64,000 nt of DNA from Phallusia mammillata (Eukaryota). Numbering within the stretch: position 1 is the stretch's first letter; every line of letters begins with the position of its first letter. A model generated the notes under the pieces. The model was not told the DNA's origin, ran no database searches, and worked only from the letters and a program-made list of their open reading frames with translations. This document shows positions 46,901 through 60,258 of the stretch, piece after piece. Location of the stretch: positions 9,424,001 through 9,488,000 of the forward strand of contig OZ281499.1 in the NCBI GenBank assembly GCA_965637545.1. The letters are read 5' to 3'. Made by a program: the position numbers and the translations under genes.

Positions 46901-49900
46901 CAACAAATGCTAAACTCAAACATTGTTAGCAAAAACAAAATCAAGGACACTTATATCAAACCTATTTAAATTTTGAGTCACTTCATACACTTTGTCCAGT
47001 TACTTACATATCGCCAGTGCCTTATTTGCCGCCCCATCTGGAGCAATAAGAACCTTCCTCGCATCCGTGTTAATTGCAGCCACGTTGCGAAGATGAGTCC
47101 TAAGCAGTTTGTAGATCGGATGACAGCGCGGTAAGTCCCGGAACACTGTGATCGCTACAGTTTCCATAACACCATGTGTGTACAAGAAATGATAGACCCA
47201 CTGCACAGCAATGAAATCGTTTTTGAAGTAAATTATCGGTGCACTTTTAGGAGTCGTATGAAAAAGATATTAATGTTATGTAACAAATTTACCAAAAAGT
47301 ATCCTGTTTTATCATTTATAACCTTAAAATTTTTTTAGGATGATTTTACTGTCAGATGTCTAGAGTAGTGGTTAAGAATCACTGGATTGTGTTTTACCAC
47401 TTACATCATAAAGTTAATCAAAAAACCTTGAATGTATTGGTACAGCCAATTGTTTCAAAAACCCACCCATTTTAGTGGGGTCAATGGGATAAATTTGAAA
47501 CTACAATAACCCAATTAACAGTCCCGTATAATTTTTTGTTCTAAATCGCCTTTTTTTCAAATTTTAACCACTAGAGGTGGTTTGTTACTGATTCTGACGT
47601 CAGGGAAGAAAAAGTAAAAATGCGACGTTTAGGGAAGGGATCCAAACTTTTTTTGCCCTCAAAACGGTTTACCTGATGTGAGTTCTCAACAGCACATCGA
47701 AAGTACATCTTGGCTAGCATCCAATCATCTTTATTGTCAGCAGCAGTAAAAAGGTAATCTCTATCTCCAGGGACAAGCTGGATTGCGATCGGTACAAACT
47801 TCTTGTCCGAATTTACATAGAACATACAGATGGCATCTGCACATTCAATGTTTGCCCCAGCTGGTGTTTTGTTTCGTGATACGCCAGAGAGCATAGCGTG
47901 CATGTCGCTGATAAAAATCCTTCCCGCCTTTAAAGTTAAAAATATTTGTTTACACTGGTTCCTAAGCTAAGGGTGCGCAAACCGCTCGTGGCACGTGGGT
48001 TGCTTTATGCTATATTCAAGATTGAGAACGAAGAGATGTAGTAATTATAATGAAGTACAGTAAGCCGGTTGTTTTGGATTAATGCCAGAGGTTTGAAGTT
48101 TTTGGCCAATCTTAACGCTTGCTGCAGCTAAACTTATTTTCTGTGTAACGATCAATCGACACGTCCTACATTAGAAGGTCATGTTATGACAAGGTGAAAC
48201 CAGAGTTGTAAGTCGAGCCGGGCTTTTCAGGCTGGGTTGGGGCTTAGATTTTTTTTAAAAACGGGCTTGACTTTACACTTTGTGCCAGTATTTTAAGAAA
48301 AAATTAACTAGGTAAGTAGCCAGTAGCTGGACCTAGCGTAATGTCGAACATCCCTAAAACACCTTGTTCGGGAGCAATTGTCTATTATGTTTGTTGTCTT
48401 GGTCTATTCTGAGGCTTGAAGTATGGGCTTGTCAACCAAAATTTCGGGCATAAACGCAACGGATTTAGGCTTCTCAAACACGATTTGGGTTCGGGCCGGG
48501 TTTCGGGCCTGTACTTTCGGACCGGGCTTGGGCTCCAATTTCAGGCCTGTTTGAAATTCTGGGCGAAACGAGACCTATATATAATGTTAATGTTGTGATC
48601 ACTTATGCTTTGTTTGTCTTTACAAAATAAGAGGCTAATTGCATAATTTGTACCTGCATTTCGTCTTCAAGTGTTTTCCCGTCACTGATAAAGGTCGCTA
48701 CGTCATCATTGGTGACGTCAAACTTGTCAGGCAAAGAAGAGCAGCGGGAGAAGCATAGGGGGGCTATCCCGTTCATTGTATAGTAACCCAACCATTCGTC
48801 TGTATCCCAACTATACACAAAAGTAGTTTTACTTGTTGTAAAGTGGCCTTATAAGTTAAAAAAACCCAAATGCACAAGTTTCCACAGATTACATATTTTG
48901 CCAACGGTTTTCGAATAGCCAGTTCCATATTTAAACAGAGCAGGGAATCACAACCCTTTCGATAATATGGGTCGTAAAATTTGTCACCAGCGGTTTAAAG
49001 CCAATTATCTAGCAAAGGTTTACTGACACCAATACATGTATTTTCATACAGAAGCTCACGGAAGCAGAAATTGGTCTTCCTGAGAGCATAGGACCGTCCA
49101 TATGACCGCGGGTCGTGCACCCCTAAAACAGGGTTTGGTCAACGAAGTTAGAGAATAGCGAGCCACTTACCCCTCCAACAAGTTTCTTGCATCTTCTTCC
49201 TCCAGACGTTTGTAGAGCTTGTGATAATCATCAATGTCGTTTAGTTTGTTAAACAGCTCTAAAAATAGATTGAATCATAACAAAGTTAGTAAGCAAATGC
49301 TTGTTGAGTTTTTCTCGTATATAGGTGGCGCAAAGAGCTGAATTATTTATTTAGCAGATTAAGACTCAGGAACTTGGCTGAACGGTCTGGCTCGCCTGAC
49401 CCATATACAGACATAAAACCATGATCGGCATTCGTCCCCGGGAGTGTCCTGGGTTCGAACCCCGTGAAAAAAAAAGACTAATGCAAAAGAATAGCTTTGC
49501 AGAGAAATAAGAAAATGCGAGGTTGAGTTGTCTTCTTCATCTTAAACTACAAGTTGTTCTTGTGGTAGACCATGTCTAAAAATGTTAATCATCACAGGTA
49601 TAGTTCACGTATGTCCAAACACCAGACGACACATACTTAACTTTTACTCAAGATGTGCGCTTAAAAAGTTAATGTTTCGCAAACTCACTTCAAACGCACT
49701 TCAAAGCACTTACGTCCGACAGTTTGAAGCAAAGCATTGGTTTTCGCTTCGAAACGTATATCATTGCGCGCGCTGTTGCGTATTTCATCGGTCATAAAAA
49801 TCTTTGGGAGTTCCTCGAGTGATGATGCAGACAGAAATCGCGGTAAACTGTAACCAAGTTGTTTTGGAGTACTGCGAGCTGCCCAGTTAAAACGTACACG

Positions 49901-52310
49901 GGATTCATCGATCTCGTTTTTACGACTGTTCGTCAAATACATGTTGTTGACTTTCTGAGGCAGGGTGGCTGCAAAAAACAAAGATTTTTTTGGGTGTCTT
50001 CATGCCTCTCATATATTGGTTGTTGGGGGAATTTTAAGACTAATAAGCTATGTGCGTACTGCACTTGAAATGAAATCCTATGCTACGGTTTTAATGCTAC
50101 GAAATGTTACGGTTTTAATGCTTGGGGGTTATCATAACTGAATAAATAACATTAAACCATGCAGCGTTTACCCTTTCAATGACCTTTAAGGAAAAACATT
50201 CGATGACTTCATAAAATATTAAGAACTTTGATGTTGTGGCATTAAAATTGCATACAAATGATATCTATAGTTCCAGTTTTGGCCCAGACATGCAGGTGTA
50301 ACAAAAACTCAAATTTAAATAATGGCAATGGTTTATAGTCCGTGTTCTTATTACTTCACCCCACAAATTAAAAACGTTATTTTGTTTTCAAGTGACAAGA
50401 AGACGTTCCGATTTTTTTGTTTCGCTTTTCTGGTAAGGCACGATTTTGTACATAAATCATAAAATGACCACAGGGATGCTGTTAGGCTTATTAATGATTC
50501 CAGTTTCCGTCTTCTGAAAATTAATTTTAAATAAACAATGTCTTGACGTCTAATATGGCAGCTACTGCGAAGAAACTTTTACCACGTTAAACAATAATCC
50601 GTACGCCGAAACAATGATGATTAATCAAAGCTGTTCTGCCAAAGTAAACAACATTGACATGTAAGTATGCCGAATCGCCAGAGGGAAAAAAACTATAATT
50701 TTGCGTACGGCATGAAAGGCAGGTCAAGCGAAAAATACCTTGTGCTCTGCCCACTTCGATTTTTTCATCAATCCAATCGTACACGGGATACAAAGCTTCT
50801 TCTCCGTTTACCTTCACAACGATCCAGTCGCAAATCCATTCGTCGGTTCCTCCCCAGTGCTTAAGCGCTGTGAAATTAAGCAAGTATCAGACGAATGAAC
50901 AAATATGCCATAATCATTAATTGATTTTGCCAGATCGTTGATATGCATGTGAAAAAACACGTCGTCGAATATTCTTTAATTGTGGTTAATCCCTAAGGCA
51001 ATGGTTGCCTACCTTTTTCGACGAATTCCTCCCTACTATACTACATAGTAGATGCTAAACAGAATGAGACAATTTACAAGTACAAAATAACTTCTAATTT
51101 TTGCGTTTAATGCTAATTGAGTAGAAGACACAATTGGTGTCAAATGGGATCATGCAGCATACTTCGCACTTCGCAGTATAAATATTAGGTAATAAATGCA
51201 ACACGGTTGAGGTAGAAAGAATCTTACTGATTTTGACAAGAATTGGAAGACCAACATCATCAGCAACCAAATCAAACTTGTCATGTTGTCCCCTTTCGAA
51301 GTCGTCTTTTAGTAAATTATCCAATTTATGTCGTCCCGTCGTACTCCCATCTTCGCCTACTAACTCAATGTACACTGTAGAATCTGTTCCAGCCTCTGCG
51401 TATCCATCGCATGTCTACAGATAGATGTAAAGTCTAAGTATTTTGTATTTTTGTTTGAGCATTGTTTTTTACGCTTTTCTAAGTCGGAATATACATATGG
51501 TATTTTACTGTAAAAAAATATTCCCGGCACCTTTTTCAAATTTCAGTAAAAATGACGTATTCCCCGGGACTTTTTTAAATTGTATCCATACAAAATATAA
51601 CACAATTCCGGCAACGTAGGCAGGTTGCATTCTTGTGTCAAATTGCCACACACGTGATGATTGATTAACACCGGCAATTAAAATTCACCGTTGCGCTATA
51701 CCACCAACACGAATCAGTTTGACCATAGCAAAACGGACTCTTGTAACACCACCAATGCACATCAGCTTATAATTGTGCAATATGTATAAAAGGAGCTGGA
51801 ATATCACTTGATTGTGGTCGGTACAGAAAGGCACTTAGAGGTTTTGGCGTACTTTTTTGCGCACAAATCGCAAATCAATACAACTTAAGTACTTAAGAAG
51901 TGTTCAAACAATTAAAATGATTAAAATTTACATGCAATCGATTACATTAAAATGTATGGATTGTTTTGTTTCAAACTTTTAAAGGTATCTCTGTATATTT
52001 CCACACAGGTAACCTCTGATAGCAGCGTTTAATGTCATAGATGCTGCTGTAATTTTAAATAGGATAGGTGAAAACAAAACATATAAAGGATTTTAAGTTT
52101 CTACACAGAGCTTTATTATATAGGTCCACTGACTTAATGCATCCATAAAACGAATCCGTTTGTACAGAAAGATTGAGAACCACTGGTCAAATTTGAGGTA
52201 ATAATTTTTTGTTTTTCAAAACTTACCCTAATTTCAATAGAGTAGGTCGTTTGGTGTTTTTCTGGCTCAGTCGTATAATAACCGAAAAGTTTCGAAAATA
52301 ATCCTCCCAT
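43971..52310 (-). CDS. Lipoxygenase LOX-B (PLAT + catalytic domain), 14 exons, 693 aa, Coffa-site Ala
   Basis: Exons 52310-52227, 51414-51228, 50867-50739, 49968-49714, 49258-49171, 48810-48654, 47927-47673, 47200-47008, 46580-46500, 46362-46244, 46078-45959, 45302-45168, 44459-44361 and 44150-43971 (2082 nt). Intron positions and phases match [31 protein letters not shown]. Confidence 0.94.
48201..48561. mobile_element. MITE family 2 in LOX-B intron 6
   Basis: CAGAGTTG / CAGAATTT (reverse complement) termini and TSD GGTGAAAC/GGCGAAAC (7/8). Confidence 0.75.
49370..49475 (+). mobile_element. Short tRNA-derived SINE-like fragment
   Basis: A-box-like TGGCTGAACGG (49375-49385), B-box GGTTCGAACCC (49452-49462) and an A9 tail. 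Confidence 0.5.
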
Positions 52311-52456
52311 ATTTATGTCAATGATTCAGTCAAACGTTACCTCAACTAATTTTCCCTGTGAAAACGACAAAAGCAGTTGAACGATATAGTTTGGGTGGTT
52401 AAGTAGCACATAGACGAAGACAGATCTACACGAACAAAGCCGTAGCATGAAAAATC

Positions 52457-52770
52457 TGCTAACCCCATAACTCACGTCAGCCCCAAATTTAGCTAATTTT
52501 CGATAGGTGGCTCAAAGTGAACAAATCCCTCTTAAAATCGGTATATCTCAAAATATGCTAACAGTTAGGACTTTGGGGTTAGGTATTACATCAATAATTG
52601 ATAAAACTGACTGTAAAATTTAGTTCCTAATAAAAAAAATCTCAAAAACCTTCTTTCCAATTAATCCTATCCCTATTTAGCCGCTAAATAAATGATTCAG
52701 CTCCTGCGCCACCTATTGATAATTAGCTAAATGTGCGCCTGACGTGAGTTGTGGTTATAGTAGCTCTACC
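52457..52770. mobile_element. MITE-like element with about 55-bp inverted arms just upstream of LOX-B
   Basis: AACTCACGTCAG..ATTTAGCTAATT..ATAGGTGGC is mirrored at both ends. Related pieces at about 49321-49360 and 54375-54561. Confidence 0.65.
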
Positions 52771-54010
52771 GTATAGCGAATATTAAGCGGAACGTATGAC
52801 AATACTTCCGATTGCATGCCGGCAATAAGATCCTAATTTAAATATTACATTAGACACATGATGTTGTATGCATGTGTTATATATAGGTGTGTACGCTCGC
52901 TAAGCGGTAGATAGTGACGGTATTTTGTCCTGTGCGTGTTCTAACTGGTTTCCTATTTCCGGCCATGAAAGGATGTTACAAGCTTATCAAGACAAATTGC
53001 CATGTTAAGTCTTATTAACAATGAGGCAAAACGTTTACCTCCAGTTTCAAGGCGATAGACTATCACAAAATTAAATACCTTTTTTCTGCATTTTGTAACT
53101 CATAAACGAAGCCTTTTTACCCTTAAACGTATATGCCATGTTTTAAGTGTCTTTTAGTTTTGTCTACATACCATGAGATATCCTACGGATCATTGGTTTT
53201 GCAAACCTTGCGATTCACAGGGGGAAAATATTTCACGGCTCACGTAATTACATTGTTTGCAATAAACGCAAAGGATTGGAGTAGTTTGATAGTCCCACAA
53301 AATCAGAAATATATACTATTTGATAAACAAATTATAATACCAATGATCCTTTTTCTTGCTTTAGATATAAGTAAGTCAAAAGTCTACAAAAATGTGAAGC
53401 ACAAAATATCTGCCGCAATAGTTTGCACAACTATTTCGAAAAAAACGTTTACGCAACAGCGTGAACCAATGTGGGAAAAGGCACGACTTTTGACTTCCAG
53501 TAGTTACCTAAATCATGAGAACACACAAAGCACAGCAAAGTAATACCGCTAAAATGCTATTTGAACCACGGGAAAAACTGATGTAAAAGTTAATTTCTCG
53601 TTCCAGCTGCGAACTAAAGGGTACCTGTTGATACTTAAATTTTCCTGCCACCAGTTTTCGGTTCGGCTAGTGTAATTGCATTGAAAAATTAAACATTTCA
53701 ATCACTGCCCAAAACGTTTCTAAACAAACCGTATAATTTGTTGTCGTCTTTACGAATGGTCCGAGGCGCAACACTAAATGATTAATTGACAACAAACAAA
53801 TATTTCCTGTCACTAAAGCTGATTTTTTTTATGGGCCACTCTTTATCATGAAAGGTAATTGGAATTAAGAGAAGAAATAGACAGGGCGGTTATATACTTA
53901 TCTGACAGATAAACACACATTTTTAAAAGTTTAAATAAAAAAAATGGTTTCACAATCAAAAAACACTTTTTAAAGCCATAAAGAGCCTCAACAACCCCAA
54001 GTTCTGGCAA

Positions 54011-54732
54011 CAGGGGTTGTGACATTTTTGGGACACCTGTCACGTTTGGGACAGGTGTCACGGACACCCGTTGTATGTCACCAAATCAGGGACAGGCTGT
54101 CACTAAAGTGGCTGCGGATTTGGGTGTCCCTAATTTTGGGTGTCCCTGATTTTGAGTGTCACCAAGAATAAATAGCAAGACATAAGCGTGTAGGCGTAAT
54201 TGCTTACTTGCAAGATATTTCTTGACTTTTGTAAATATTATTAGTGTTTAGGAACCGGCAGTTAGTATTGACATTTGTAACTATTACTGTTTAAGAAACA
54301 GCAGTAGAACAATGTCCAATGAAATAACGAGAATCACAACCAAAAGTCGATTAATTATATCTCCAAAAATGCTTACGGTTAGGGCTATTAGGGTCGGGGT
54401 AAGGTATTAGCACTTAAAATTCAATAAAACTAACCCAAAAAATTAGTTACTAATGTAAAAATTTGAAAAACTTATTTCCCAACCCAACCCATTTATAGCC
54501 GCTAAATAAAAAATTCAAATTCAGCACCTTGTGAAAGCGTGGTGGTGTTAGTCGCTCTACCCAAAATCAGGGACACCTGTCACACATCAGGGACACCCTG
54601 TCACAAATCAGGGACACCTGTCACAAATCAGGGACACCTGTCACAAATCAGGGACACCCTGTCACAAATCTGGGACAGCCTGTCACTGACAGGCTGCGAG
54701 TGACACCCTGTCACTAAATTGTTACAGCCCCG
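54011..54732. repeat. Repeat element with subterminal GGGACACCTGTCACAAATCA arrays (about 6 tandem 20-21-bp units at 54565-54685)
   Basis: The same motif occurs in both orientations at 54030-54155, with rough TIR GGGG(T/C)TGT(G/A)ACA. It is interrupted by a piece of the 52.5-kb family. Confidence 0.6.
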
Positions 54733-56587
54733 TCTCAGTTCTGGTCCTGGTGCAGCTAGTGCAAGAACAGCCATCGCTGCGCCAAAGTGCATGGTATGTG
54801 GTAACCGATCGCTTAGCCTGCGTTACGTGATGCATAAAGCCGCAGAACTTCAATTATTTAGGAATTTACTTTCGTCACAGCGAACAGGATTTTATATTCA
54901 GGTACCAAAGAATACATGGTTCATCTTAATACCATTTTTGTCTTAAAGCTGCACAACACACTTATACATAAAGCTGCACAACACACTTATGTTGTTTAAA
55001 CAATGTAAACAGAGGTGTTTAAATGTTCTTGTATAGTCGAGTTACGCATGATTTGTCATGCATTTCGCTAATTATGTTTTGCCTCTAAACATCAGTGCTA
55101 ACTGCTAACCTCTGAGTTTCAGTTGACTACTTAACGCTTGCATGACTGCCATTCTTAAAAAGAATTTGTTTTACTGCCTTGGCGTTTCAGCAGATGCATT
55201 TTGCGGAAAAACTGCATTGAAACAAATGCAATTTTACAGTGCAAAAACGTTTTGTCCTGAGTCAATTTCATTTCAATTTCAGCAGTTCCAGTCCACCAAT
55301 CGTCATTTTAACTTGTTTTTCGAATAGTCTGAACGCAGTCAAGCGCGAAATACTTGCGATAAACGGTTGGTTATACCCATTTCAACTTGAATTCTGTAAA
55401 CTTAACGGTCACTGATTTTCCAAGAAACAAATAAACATCAAACTTTAACATCCAATCAATAACACTTAGGTAAGACTAGACTATGCACCATTGCTAAGTT
55501 TTAAATCTTCACTAATGAGAATCGTCCTTTCAGTATCAGAACATGATACATATACTACTTGTTTACATTTTGATATGTTGTTTTCAATACGACATCTGTC
55601 CATACCGCTTTGAATATACATGCAGCACACAACCCAGCACAAGACATGCCATCATGCATTCGTCATACCCTGTTCAGGGTAACTACAGCATCAATAGATA
55701 GCAATCAGCCACTGGTGCAACGGGATAAGCACTCCTTTTTCCGGGTTATTGTATATAGGCTTCACTATCCATCAGTACAGGCGAAGGAAACTTTAAACGC
55801 AGCCTTAAAATCTGTGTTATAGCTGGTCTGCCGTGCTAGTGGGGACACAGGTTGCTAAAAGGCCTTTAACCGGTAAAAAATATGGCCCTACATCTTTCAA
55901 GTAAAACGGTACATACAAGAATTTGATCATCTACCACGAACTCAAGCGTTTGCCTTGGCCACCGAAGTCCTTTCTTCCACGTAGGCCAAAAATTTAACGC
56001 TAATGAAAACCTGTGGTCGAACCAAGACAACAACCAAAATGAACTTTAACACTAGGGCCAAACATGAAGACAAACTTTTCGACCTAGCTACTTGCCAGGC
56101 GCCTAAATGTCGTGCGGTAAAAAAACGCTTGGTATCTTATGAACACCAATGCTCGTAGTAATCACTAATACAGAGTTTCTCTCTAGGGGTGGTTGTCTCA
56201 AACGTTTGAAAGTCCTGTGCATATAGCAGTTGTGTTGTTATGCTGCAAAGTTAACAAACAACTTTAATGAAAGAGTGGGGTCATAAGGGGTCTGCTTTGT
56301 GGTAGACTATACGTTGACGTCAACATTGCCCTCGCAATGCATTACGTTGGGTTAAACAATTTCAGCGTTGTGTAGACTACAAGACTTTAGCTATACTTCC
56401 CAAAGTGAACGACATTGCCCGCCTAATACGTCATCAGGTAAAAGACGTAACCAGTCTCTGGCTATGTTCGTTTTTTTACATCGGTAAATGATAAGGCTAC
56501 AGCATTTTAGTTCATACTGTTTGGATGTGCGGTATAAAGTCACAGGCGAATTAAGGGTCAAGCGTATTTTGATTTACATATGGTAAC

Positions 56588-56754
56588 CAGTGGTGGGATT
56601 CAGCCGGTTCGCACCGGTTATACAACCATCTCACGAATTAAATGTTCTGGTTAGCATTACTGGTTACTGTCAATGGACTTTTTGTAACTGAAACGGCTAA
56701 AAAATATGACTTTTGTGAAAGAACTGGCTGACAAAAAATTTAAACCCACCACTG
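56588..56754. mobile_element. hAT MITE family 1
   Basis: Homologous to 1066-1241. TSD ATGGTAAC/ATGGTAGC. Confidence 0.85.
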
Positions 56755-57496
56755 ATGGTAGCCCTATAAAAAAGATGTTTGTAGAATTAAGGGCGCGTCG
56801 TATTTGGGCAGTCAGGTACCACAGTGCAAATTCTAGCAGCAATACACACGTTCGTATCAGTTGATTCAAATGGAATGGCAGGTGAATAAACCATCAATAG
56901 AATTTAAATGCCTTCATCCAGTGTAGTACAAGAAGGCTACATAACTAGGAAGCAACCTTATACCTACTATTATTCTACCTTTCTTAACACAAAACCGGTT
57001 CAGCTCGTTGCTCTGGTGATCAATTTCTCGGGATTTAGGCTATTAGGTTGTCACCGGCTCAAATCTGACTGAAGACAATGCCAATTGTTAATTGATAATG
57101 GGCACACTCCAAAGCCTGACATGAGACAATGGATTTAGATCGGTAACAATTATTTGACAAATATTTACACCAACAGGTTGGAATTCGGGGCCTGTGCCGG
57201 TCAGGACAAGTTGGAATTAATCTTCCTCCAAAAGTAGGACCTCTGCATGCATTATTGGTGCAATATTTTCAAACAGTGCAATATTTTCAAACAGTGCAAT
57301 ATTGAGCAAAGTAATCGATAAACAAATTGGCTGTAGGACTTTTCAACTGTCATGTGACTGTGAAACTTTTCAACTGTCATGTAAATCCATGGTAAGATGA
57401 TCGCACATGATTTAATTGATGCTTGTTAGTTACGATTTCCCACTTATTGTGCCGAATCTTGAAACGTATTGTTGATGACAAAATTATAGGTTATAG

Positions 57497-57816
57497 CAGG
57501 GGTGTGCAACCTGCGGCCCGCGGGCCAAATGCGGCCCGTCGATTAAGGTTGTGCGGCCCGCGGAGACTCACAAAATTTCTAATATACTGGCAAACGAATC
57601 CAATTATTCTACATTTTTGAGCATACTAATGCGCCCGGTGCTATTTTTCTGCGATCTTGCAATAGGTGGCTAGAATCAAATGCTACTTATACTTGTAGTT
57701 AAGTATATTTGGTAAGCAACAAAGTAAAATCACCCTGTGTTATAGAAAGGTGCGGCCCGCGATCGAATCTTGGCAATTGTATTTGGCCCCACAGTGACAA
57801 AGGTTGCACACCCCTG
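57497..57816. mobile_element. hAT/Charlie-like MITE
   Basis: TIRs CAGGGGTGTGCAACCT / AGGTTGCACACCCCTG and perfect TSD GGTTATAG. Confidence 0.92.
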
Positions 57817-58716
57817 GGTTATAGCAACGAGATTTCGTACGCCCGGCTTTTAAGTGCATGCCAATTAGCTTACATACATATTTCTGAGAGGATAAAAAGT
57901 GTATTGGTCGAGAGAACTTCTTAATTGTTTGCATTTAACAATTACAAAGCAAAGGTTACATGTATATTTACTGTCATTTCGAAATCCATTTAGATTTAAC
58001 TATTCAACCCCGTAAATTGCTAATGGTATCAAACTAAATCCTCCAGTTGTAAGTACTTTCCTTTGGTTACCATTTATCTACATCAACAGTTCCGTGTGTA
58101 TATTATAAAGTGCCAAAAACCACTCGCAATTTTTTTGTCAAATAGGCTAGGCTTACAGCATTTTGCTGGGGTAGCCTACGTTCAATTTTGAATATTGCCG
58201 TTTCGCAAGCACTTTTCAATGTTTGCGTGTGTTCTAAATTCAGTAGCAATGAAGACGAGAGTAATTGGCCTGAATACGACGTTCTGTGATGCAAGATTTT
58301 AACGAAGAACCCTATTTTTTCGGTGTGTATAACGACCAACGGATTTATCCTACTACCTGTAGCACTGCTTGCTGTGTCCTGGATTATGACATGATGGTTG
58401 ACGGGGTAAGCTTACCCGTTTACCAGGCGAAACTCGTGGAGATATTCCCACAATCGGCTCGTGCGATCGACTGTCACCAAAGCTGGCCGCTTTTACCAAT
58501 GGCACGCAAGAAACAATACCCTTATATCCGGTGACACGGGCCCATGTTATCAAGGACTACAAATTGTCAGAAAGGTCACGGAATTGGAATGGTTAAACGT
58601 AGCTGGAGGTGCGAAGGGGCACTACAGATAGCACAGGTCGAATATTTGGTTTGTTTGTTTTATTAGAATTTCTCAAAGCCAGATGTCAAAGTTTGGAAAG
58701 CCAGTGAGAAGTGGAT

Positions 58717-60258
58717 TTACAAACCGAGCTTGGTTCGTCTCCAGTGACGGCGTTTGGCATTGTATCTGTAAACAAGAAATAGTATTTAAATGTTAATATC
58801 GGCAATGAGTGCTCATCTAAATGTTGGGGTACGAATCAGACAAATTAGTCAAGTAATTGAGATGGGTTGAGTTTATTTCGCTTGATAAAGGCACACATAG
58901 CGACACAATTGCACTGAATACCAAGCCGGAAATAGCTGCGCAACGTTGAAAAGTTATGGGGCGCAAAACAGTGAAGAGCATAATTGGTGGTTAAACGGCT
59001 GACGCTACACCGTATTAAAAGGCGTTGTGTGACTGGGGCTCAAAATCACACGACATTTGCGCATTGTTGGTAACACAAATTGACTAGATATGCCTATATA
59101 TATGAACTCAACCAGGTAATTTATAATATTTGCATTGTCACTTATCCAGACATCTGAGGTCATTGAACTTAGGAAACACATACGCTTCTTCTACTTTGCA
59201 GTAAATGAACCTAATTGTTAAAATGTGAGCAGTACTGTAACTTGCAACAAAAAATACAATAAGTTTGTACAAAACATAAAAAAAATGTTTCTAGTTTTGT
59301 TACAAATGCATTATTTAGATTTTTTGCAGTTTTAGGGTTAAGCAGTGCTTCCAAACTTTTTTGGCTTATGCATCAAAAATACACTTCAAACTTCCCACTG
59401 TAACCATGTGATAATTTTTATCGACACTTTTCATTAAAAAAATGTATCACACTTTCCGCTTAAGCTTATTGGCATTTGTTAAAGACAATGTGGATGCGAA
59501 AATAAAGCTGACATGTGTAATGTGACCCTTGAAAACTAAAGTTGAAAACTAAATGTGTTTTACACTGATTTAGAGCACAAATACAACAAACAAGTACCAG
59601 TGTACAATATTGACTCACCTAATTTTGTTGCCAGTCTTCATTCGGACCCATTGAGGAATCGGTCTGTTCTGATTCTGCTTTCTTGCAAGAATCCTTTTAA
59701 TCCTGAAGGTCTTGTGAGCAGCCTGTAATGAAAATATTAACACAATGAGTCATACCTTGCAATATTTTTGTTTCGAAGTTCAAAATAATGAATCGCTTTT
59801 TGTTCAAAAAATAGTAATTACTGATTAGAAATTGTAAATTAGGGATAGTTGTTTTGGGTTGGTAATATCAGTCCGTTTCATTTTAATGAAAAGAACAGTT
59901 GCGTTTTATCTCAATGAAATGAATGTTGCCACTATTACGTCATTAAACCCAGTAAAAAAGAAATTTGTGTCTCTTCCACCGCTTCTGTTTTGGATTAAAA
60001 TTTTAAACTTTAGTTGGTGTTTTCAATACGGGGTCTTTTACAACCGACTAGTTTTGTAACAATTGTTTCAATCAAAAATAAAAATCTGGTAGCTACGTAT
60101 TATCCGAATGAATCGACCAAAATAAAATCATATTTGTCACTTTCAACCCTAAACCAGATAGGCTTAGCACTGTATTCTCAGGATATTTGCTAAAATTTAC
60201 TAGGCAGCGACGAAAACGTCAATAACTAACACGATATTTACAACTTTTTACGCACCAT
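58717..60258 (-). CDS. RPL39: 60S ribosomal protein L39 (eL39), 3 exons, 51 aa; absent from the ORF track
   Basis: Exons 60258-60256 (ATG), 59722-59619 ([35 protein letters not shown]) and 58765-58717 ([15 protein letters not shown]). TOP-like CTTTC upstream of the ATG. Confidence 0.97.

Noticed and set aside
54565-54685. Regular repeat array considered as CRISPR-like
   Set aside because: Head-to-tail minisatellite units without unique spacers, in a eukaryotic transposon context.
54944-57385. Short direct duplications (54944-54990, 57258-57300, 57339-57383)
   Set aside because: Ordinary 18-25-bp slippage duplications with no further structure.
58286-58534. GC-richer ORF and near-palindrome ACGGGGTAAGCTTACCCGT downstream of RPL39
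   Set aside because: I could not link it to any exon chain or known ncRNA (no RNase P/MRP core motifs). Left unannotated.
59120-59260. Possible H/ACA snoRNA (SNORA69-like, whose human host is RPL39) in RPL39 intron 2
   Set aside because: ANANNA and ACA candidates exist, but the hairpins are weak and guide-to-box spacing did not fit. It needs an Infernal search before it can be claimed.
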